The notes below the pieces were generated by a model. That model was not told where the DNA came from. It did not search any database and saw nothing but the letters and a program-made list of their open reading frames with translations. From positions 1 to 50,615 of the IMG/VR virus record IMGVR_UViG_3300048074_000056: a DNA stretch of 50,615 bases, one strand, 5' to 3'. Position 1 is the first letter of the stretch, and each line of letters begins with the position of its first letter. Position numbers and translations under genes: made by a program. Shown piece after piece: positions 44,962 through 50,615 of this stretch. Origin of the DNA: a virus. Lineage: Duplodnaviria > Caudoviricetes.

Positions 44962-46888
44962 CAGGCTCGACACCCCCACCGGGTCCCGAGGGTTCCGGGG
45001 CAGGCTGGCCGTCGAGGGGGGGTTGGCCGCCGGTGAGTTGGGAGAGGGCTGCGGGGTCGAGTCGGGCGAGGGCATTTTCGGTGGTTTCCTTGTTGGCGGT
45101 GACGTACGCCTCAATGTCGTCGATCTCGGATGCACGGAGGTACGACCGGAAGGCTTCCGCCTGCGCCTCGATGGCCTCGGTGATGACGGCCTTGGCGAGG
45201 GGGGGTGTTTGGGGGTTGGACCCCATGAGGGTGAGTTGGAGGAGTTGGGCGTAGAAGTTCTGGGTAGCCTGCATGGTGAGGACAGCTCGCTTGGCTTCGG
45301 CCTCGGGGTTCATGGTTTCGGACATGGCGTGGAGGTCGAGGGAGAAGTCGGCCACCGGGGTCTGCTGGGTGGCTGACGGGAACATCCACTCGATGACGGG
45401 GGTGGCGTCCGCCTCCCCAAGCAGGGATGCCACCTTACCGCGGTCGGTCTCAAACTGACGGTAGAGGGAGAGGATCTCCCGACCCATCCGTTGCATGGTA
45501 CGACGGATGTTGCGCAGACCGAATGAGAAGAGGAGGGAGGACTCTTGGAGAAGGGCCATCGTAGAGGTGGCGGGGGCGGGGTGACCGCCTGTCGGTGTCT
45601 CCCGACCCATCTGCGGTTCGTTGATCCCCGATGTCTTCTCGGCAATCTGCTGAAGGACTTGGAAGAGGCTGATCTCGGGCATGACCGAGTGTTGGGCGTT
45701 GATGGGGGCGAAAGCTCCCTGCTCGGTTTGGATGAGGACTTTGTTGGGGGCGAACTCGAAGTTGGCGTGGGTGGGGTCGGTCGAGGCTCCCCAGACAGAG
45801 TTGCTGCGGGTCACGGCGTCGATCGCCTGATTCATCATGGTGGTTTCGCCACGCTGGGCGTGCTCCAACATTTTAGCGAGACCCACCGCCGACCCCCGGC
45901 CCGGCCTCACTCGTAGGTGGCTCTCGAAGAAGAGCCACCCATCCGTCAGGTAGGGATAGGGGGTAACCCGAACCACTGTGTTGGTGTCACGGTGGAGGGT
46001 GACGACCCACGGGGTTTCGGGACGACCGGGCGGCACGTCCTCAGGTTTGATGGAACTATCCATCCCCGAATCCTGCATAAGGGGCCACGACAGGTAGAGT
46101 TCGCGGAAGTCGTAGTGGATTCCGGGGGTGTCGCGACCCTCCCGGCGCTCCATCCCTTCCCGTACCGACCCGCTGTGGGTAGTGCGACCGGCGGGGTGTT
46201 TGAGGATGGAGGCGATGGTGTCGTCCGGGACTCCCCACTTGCGGCACTGGGCGCGGGTCTGGGTGGCGGTGAGGGGGCACTCCTTGATGACGACGGGGGC
46301 CGCTTGGATGGGTAGAGCCATGTCCCACAGGATTTGGTGGCGAGGGATGTGTTCGATGTAGGCACCCCTCGACAGCCGAAGTTCCATGGGAGAGTTACGA
46401 CGCTCGCCATCCATGAGGCGGTAGCCGGTTTTGGTGCGCCATGAGAGTTCGAGGATGGATTGGCCGACAACGGTAAGTTCGTGGAGCCAATGTTGGACGG
46501 GACTCTCGATGTCGAAGTCTTTGCCGGCCAACCCGTTGAGGAGTTGGGTGAGTGGGGTGACGGTGGTACGGGCGAACTCCTCGTTGTCGGAGCGCCCGAT
46601 CCACAACCGACCTGTGCCGAACAGGCGGTTGAAGTAGCGGGCGGCCACGTTGTCGGCGTGGGTACGGATGACCGGGACTACGAGGTTCGAGGCTCCGATC
46701 CACGGGAATGACTTCACGCGGGTTTGGGGTTCGGCCTCGTACCACGACCACCAGCAGTCGATGTCGGAGAGGTAAGTGGAGTAGGCGGCCTCCATCTCGC
46801 CGATGATGGACTCACACTCCCCCGCCAGCCGATCTCGGGATCGGTCAGACATGCGGAAGGGGGTGGAGGGTTGGATGGAAGCAACCAC
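44867..46888 (-). CDS. Portal protein
   Basis: 673 aa after terminase; FPWIGASNLVVP, GLAKML..Q, EKTSGINE.QMG, ATST. Confidence 0.85.
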   Translation of the reverse strand: MVASIQPSTPFRMSDRSRDRLAGECESIIGEMEAAYSTYLSDIDCWWSWYEAEPQTRVKSFPWIGASNLVVPVIRTHADNVAARYFNRLFGTGRLWIGRSDNEEFARTTVTPLTQLLNGLAGKDFDIESPVQHWLHELTVVGQSILELSWRTKTGYRLMDGERRNSPMELRLSRGAYIEHIPRHQILWDMALPIQAAPVVIKECPLTATQTRAQCRKWGVPDDTIASILKHPAGRTTHSGSVREGMERREGRDTPGIHYDFRELYLSWPLMQDSGMDSSIKPEDVPPGRPETPWVVTLHRDTNTVVRVTPYPYLTDGWLFFESHLRVRPGRGSAVGLAKMLEHAQRGETTMMNQAIDAVTRSNSVWGASTDPTHANFEFAPNKVLIQTEQGAFAPINAQHSVMPEISLFQVLQQIAEKTSGINEPQMGRETPTGGHPAPATSTMALLQESSLLFSFGLRNIRRTMQRMGREILSLYRQFETDRGKVASLLGEADATPVIEWMFPSATQQTPVADFSLDLHAMSETMNPEAEAKRAVLTMQATQNFYAQLLQLTLMGSNPQTPPLAKAVITEAIEAQAEAFRSYLRASEIDDIEAYVTANKETTENALARLDPAALSQLTGGQPPLDGQPAPEPSGPGGGVEPDGGAGGGMAGGPPPPPVGPMGGAGGMAPMGA

Positions 46889-46953
46889 GACGACTCCGAG
46901 GGGGTGGGTAGGTGGGATGGGTCAGCCCCCACAACGAGAGGCTGACCCGTCGG

Positions 46954-47010
46954 TTAGCAGCCCTTGCCGCCCTTGCCCTTCTTGGGCTTCTTGCCTTTGG
47001 GACCCTTCAT
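46954..47010 (-). CDS. 18-aa Lys/Gly-rich micro-peptide
   Basis: AAGGAG RBS then MKGPKGKKPKKGKGGKGC*. Confidence 0.6.
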   Translation of the reverse strand: MKGPKGKKPKKGKGGKGC

Positions 47011-47038
47011 GGGGCTCCTTTGGTGTGGGTGTGGTTGG

Positions 47039-47464
47039 TTAGGTTCGACTCGCGGTCGAAGGAGCCTCGTTCCCGGCTCCACGGGACACTCCACCCCGAT
47101 CCGATCCCGACCCCTGCCCCTGCCCCTGTTTGGGGGTGGGGGTGGGAGGAAGGGTGGTGGGTTTGGGGAGAGGGGGCACACCGTCGAACTTGCGGTCGAT
47201 GATGTAGATGGGGTGGCAGGAGGCTGGCGGCACCCCCCGAATCGGCTCCCCTCGTCCCACCAAGAATGCGGTCTGGTCTTTGACGGTGAAGAGGGAGAGG
47301 TCTTTGATGGGGTGCCAGCGGAGGTTGGGGTCGAGGGAAGCCGACGTCTGGATAAGGTGGTTGGCACGCTCGGGGGTAGTTAGGAGGTAAGCGACCCCCG
47401 GCAGGCCGTTGGTGCCCAAGATTTCACCGAGGTCAGGGATGTGGTCGAACGGTCCGGTGGTCAT
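47039..47464 (-). CDS. Hypothetical protein
   Basis: AAGGAG RBS; ATGA overlap. Confidence 0.65.
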   Translation of the reverse strand: MTTGPFDHIPDLGEILGTNGLPGVAYLLTTPERANHLIQTSASLDPNLRWHPIKDLSLFTVKDQTAFLVGRGEPIRGVPPASCHPIYIIDRKFDGVPPLPKPTTLPPTPTPKQGQGQGSGSDRGGVSRGAGNEAPSTASRT

Positions 47465-47739
47465 CGGGAAGACTCCTTTGGGGTGGTGGGGCGGCTGATG
47501 AAAGATCGGGCGGGGACTCGTACCTGCCAGCGGATGTGGTCGCCCTCACTCCAACCTTGGGGGAGGTTTACCATGCTACGGAACTCCTCCACAAGCTCCT
47601 CGCATTCGGGGGTTCCGTCGCCCACCTCGTCGAACCGACGGAAGAGGGCGAGGAGGCGGTCCCACTGGGAGGGAGTCACTTCCAGTGTCCACTCTCGCAT
47701 TCCACCATCGGGACCGCCGGGTGTGTAAGGTTGGGACAT
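47461..47739 (-). CDS. Hypothetical protein
   Basis: GAGG RBS; follows terminase. Confidence 0.65.
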   Translation of the reverse strand: MSQPYTPGGPDGGMREWTLEVTPSQWDRLLALFRRFDEVGDGTPECEELVEEFRSMVNLPQGWSEGDHIRWQVRVPARSFISRPTTPKESSR

Positions 47740-47758
47740 TCTGGGTACCTCGATGGGG

Positions 47759-49432
47759 TTAGTAGCCGGTTACGACGTCGCGGGTAGCTGATGCGTGGCG
47801 GCGGACCCACTCACGGTGGACCTCCTCCGCCATCGAGGTCGGCCTCGATAGGCAGTCTTGAGAGTACGCCCAAGCGTCGATTACGTCACGGGTGCCGCTG
47901 TAGGGATACTCGCGGTACTCCTGCTCGAACGATGGGGTGCCCCGGCAGATATACCACCATCCTTGTTTGGTGGGGGCCACCATCGCCATGATGCGGGCTT
48001 CCTTCTCACGGCCGCGGGTGTGGAGGGGGAAAGGGGCTAGGGCGATGCCTCTCAGGTCGGCTTCCCGTAGGAGCCAGTGGCGGTAGAGACGGGAGAAGTT
48101 GACTTCCTCGATACCCACCCGGACGGTACCCCACCGCTGACAGAGTTGAATCATTTTGAGGATGACGACGTGGGGGTCGTCTCGGGATACCCACTCGTCG
48201 AGGAGGTATCGACGGCCCCACGCATCCCGCCCCACCACTACGAGGGCGTTACGGGCACCCGGCTCCCGCCGTCGATCGCTCTTTTCGGTGGGGGCAGGGT
48301 CCACCAAGATTAGTTTGGTTAGTTGGGATAGGGGGACACGGATGGGAGGCGGATCGGTGTCGTCCTCGATCTCGTTGATGAGGGGGTCGTAGGAGTCGGA
48401 GTCGATGGTGACGTAGGGGTCTTCGGAGTTCCACACAACGGACGCCCGCCGTAGCCACTCAGGTTTGAATGAGCGGTCGCTACCGGCGGTGGGGAGACAC
48501 ATGATTTGGGAGGCAAACCCTACCGGGTCACGCTCCTGAAATCGCAGGAGCATCTCGGTGGGCATCTTCTCGGGCCAGATAGAGACTCCGTTCTCCAACC
48601 CACCGCGTCGATACAGAAGGTACTGGTAGTTACGGAGAGCGTGGACATATACGTCGTCGTGGGACCACGGGGTGCAGACCACGAGGTCCATACCGTTCAT
48701 GGCCGGTGCCTCTAGGAAGAAGGAGCGGTCGAACCAGAACTTGGCGGATTCCATCTCTGAGGGAGACTCGGCGGCCCTCACCGACACGATGTCGTCTTTG
48801 ATGATTTTGGGCCAGTGACCGCCGGTGGAGGCGGCACCGATGCCGAGGCCGGTAAGGGAGGCTTCGGGGATACCCATTCGACCTCGTTGGAATAGGAGTT
48901 CGTTGTCGTTCCACTTCCACCAACGCGGGAGGGAGCGAGTGTCGCCGGGAGCTACACCGGGGGGCACCATGTCCGGGAAGATGGTGGAGAAGAGACGGCT
49001 CGACTGGACGAGTTCACGGATGGCTTTGAGCCACTTGGAGGCGTTCTCCAGTCGTTCGTTGAAGATGGCAACGGGGGCGTCGGGGTCGCGACATATCTGC
49101 CAGAGGGCGTTGGCGCGGGTGGCGATCGTAGTCTTACCGGCATCACGGGGAACTTGGACCATGAGACGACGGCGGCCCGGCTCACCCCACCTCTCGATGA
49201 ACTTGCAGATGGGGGCGTGGACGGGCGGGTATAGGAAGCCTGCGGCTTCCATGATGATGTATGCGAACGAGAAGAGGTCGCTGAGGAGGTAGTCGTGGAC
49301 TTGTTGGGTGTGGGTTTGGGATAGGTCACGGGGGTCGATGTCACCCAGCGCCAAACCCATCCCCACCTCTTCGACGGGAGACGGACGATCACCCGCGATG
49401 GGGTGGTGGTTAGGAGTCGGAGGGAGGGACAT
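47759..49432 (-). CDS. terL: Terminase large subunit
   Basis: Walker A VPRDAGKTT, TGGHWPKIIKDD, CTPWSHDDVY, VDPA, GIEEVNF, RDVIDAWAY; start estimated (ORF open from 49621). Confidence 0.92.
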   Translation of the reverse strand: MSLPPTPNHHPIAGDRPSPVEEVGMGLALGDIDPRDLSQTHTQQVHDYLLSDLFSFAYIIMEAAGFLYPPVHAPICKFIERWGEPGRRRLMVQVPRDAGKTTIATRANALWQICRDPDAPVAIFNERLENASKWLKAIRELVQSSRLFSTIFPDMVPPGVAPGDTRSLPRWWKWNDNELLFQRGRMGIPEASLTGLGIGAASTGGHWPKIIKDDIVSVRAAESPSEMESAKFWFDRSFFLEAPAMNGMDLVVCTPWSHDDVYVHALRNYQYLLYRRGGLENGVSIWPEKMPTEMLLRFQERDPVGFASQIMCLPTAGSDRSFKPEWLRRASVVWNSEDPYVTIDSDSYDPLINEIEDDTDPPPIRVPLSQLTKLILVDPAPTEKSDRRREPGARNALVVVGRDAWGRRYLLDEWVSRDDPHVVILKMIQLCQRWGTVRVGIEEVNFSRLYRHWLLREADLRGIALAPFPLHTRGREKEARIMAMVAPTKQGWWYICRGTPSFEQEYREYPYSGTRDVIDAWAYSQDCLSRPTSMAEEVHREWVRRHASATRDVVTGY

Positions 49433-49895
49433 CGTACACGGGGAGGGCAGCCGCTCCCTGCATGACGTGGGGGTCGGACTCGATGTCGTGGGCCGGGATA
49501 GCTCGTAGTTGGGCGATGGCCGCGAAGGATTTGGACATGTGGTCGATGAGTTCGGGGGCGGCAGCCACCTCCGTCCTCGATTGGATGATTTGGACGGTGG
49601 GGGCAAACTTGTCAACCACATAGGTTGACATTTTGATGTTGTCGCGGTGGTCGGGGTCGTTCACTACTCGCCTGATGTTGGTCACGCACTGTTCGAGGGT
49701 CTCGTAGAGGCCGGCGTAGGCGAGGATGGCCCGGGCATCCATGTCGGACCGCTTCTCGGAGATGCGATCTTTGAGGGACTCGACGAGGCCGGCCATGCCG
49801 CCGGGGGTGTAGCCGAATCGACGGGCGAGGTCGGCGGTGGGGACGCCGGCCGCCGCCAACAAGATAACGGCCTGCTCGGTGTTTTCGGATGCCAT
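49410..49895 (-). CDS. terS: Terminase small subunit (putative)
   Basis: N-terminal HTH (VPTADLARRFGYT) directly upstream of terL. Confidence 0.65.
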   Translation of the reverse strand: MASENTEQAVILLAAAGVPTADLARRFGYTPGGMAGLVESLKDRISEKRSDMDARAILAYAGLYETLEQCVTNIRRVVNDPDHRDNIKMSTYVVDKFAPTVQIIQSRTEVAAAPELIDHMSKSFAAIAQLRAIPAHDIESDPHVMQGAAALPVYDVPPSDS

Positions 49896-50460
49896 CGGGG
49901 GCTCCTCCCATGTTGTGGTCGCCGGGGGCGGGGCGTGGGACTCACGACACCATACCGCCCCGCGGGGGTGGTGGGTAGGGGTGGGTTATGTTGGAAGGTG
50001 ACACGGGCTGACATACACCACAAACTCACAAAAAATTTGCCCTATTACACGAGTCGTGTCCCCACGTAGGTGGGTGGGTGGGGGTGGCCTCGCCGCCCCC
50101 GGGGGGCGAGTGGTGGGGCAAATCGCCTCATCCCCACGGGGACACCACATCGTGGCGATATGTCACACACGGGGCGGCTCGCCCCACCGGCCGGCCCGTC
50201 GGCCCCAACGTGACAATATGTCCCACCCGACGGGTCGATCGACGTGGCTTGGCATGGGGCTTGCTTGCTGGCGGGGGTTGTTTCGCCATCCGTTCGCATA
50301 CACACCTAAGTGTTACTTTGACGCACGGCGTCGCGGCACCGGTGCACCGAATCGAGTAGCACGACTGCGACGTCGCATCGTCCCACCGCCTGGACACTCA
50401 ATCATGAATCTCCGCCCATAACCCTGCGGAATCGCTCACTTTCGAAATAGGTGTATCGTC

Positions 50461-50586
50461 CGACGGCCCGAACGTTATATCGACTCGTCAACGTGGCCTA
50501 ACCCCACGTAGATGCTCGGGAATCGGGCGAAATCTCGGGGGGGAGAGGGGGGGGTGTGCTATTCCGCTACCCACAGACCACCCCCC
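50461..50586. repeat. Terminal direct repeat / circular assembly overlap, right copy
   Basis: Identical to 1-126, then degrades into C/A runs. Confidence 0.95.
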
Positions 50587-50615
50587 CCCCCCCCCCCACC
50601 CAACCCAAAACAAAA

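Noticed and set aside
1-50460. Integrase or lysogeny module, tRNA genes
   Set aside because: No recombinase motifs or cloverleaf recognised; one XRE HTH gene is not enough to call a temperate phage.
50587-50615. Distinct terminal sequence
   Set aside because: Looks like an error-degraded copy of 127-155 after a homopolymer run.

Overview
The window looks like one complete ~50,460-bp high-GC tailed dsDNA phage genome, podovirus-like; bases 1-126 recur at 50461-50586. There are two converging arms. The + arm (~0.3-19.3 kb) holds early and replication genes: DUF932, RadC-like JAB, Sak4-like AAA ATPase with a putative SSB, GroES, uracil-DNA glycosylase (UDG), a family A polymerase, a PD-(D/E)XK nuclease and a DUF3987 helicase. 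The - arm (~49.9-19.1 kb) holds terminase, portal, scaffold, capsid, many signal-peptide proteins, lysis genes, short-tail proteins and ejection proteins. I saw no integrase, tRNA or canonical CRISPR array. The most striking locus is a stand-alone Cas7/RAMP-fold gene (14235-14801) flanked by three non-coding tracts with strict 5-nt periodicity, a candidate RNA-guided (VIPR-like) system. It sits inside a UDG-exonuclease-PolA gene split into three separate ORFs. The other gap in that gene contains an array of small shuffled cassettes joined by a repeated GAGGWGAAGCCGTGA motif. All family calls come from motif recognition by eye, not database searches.
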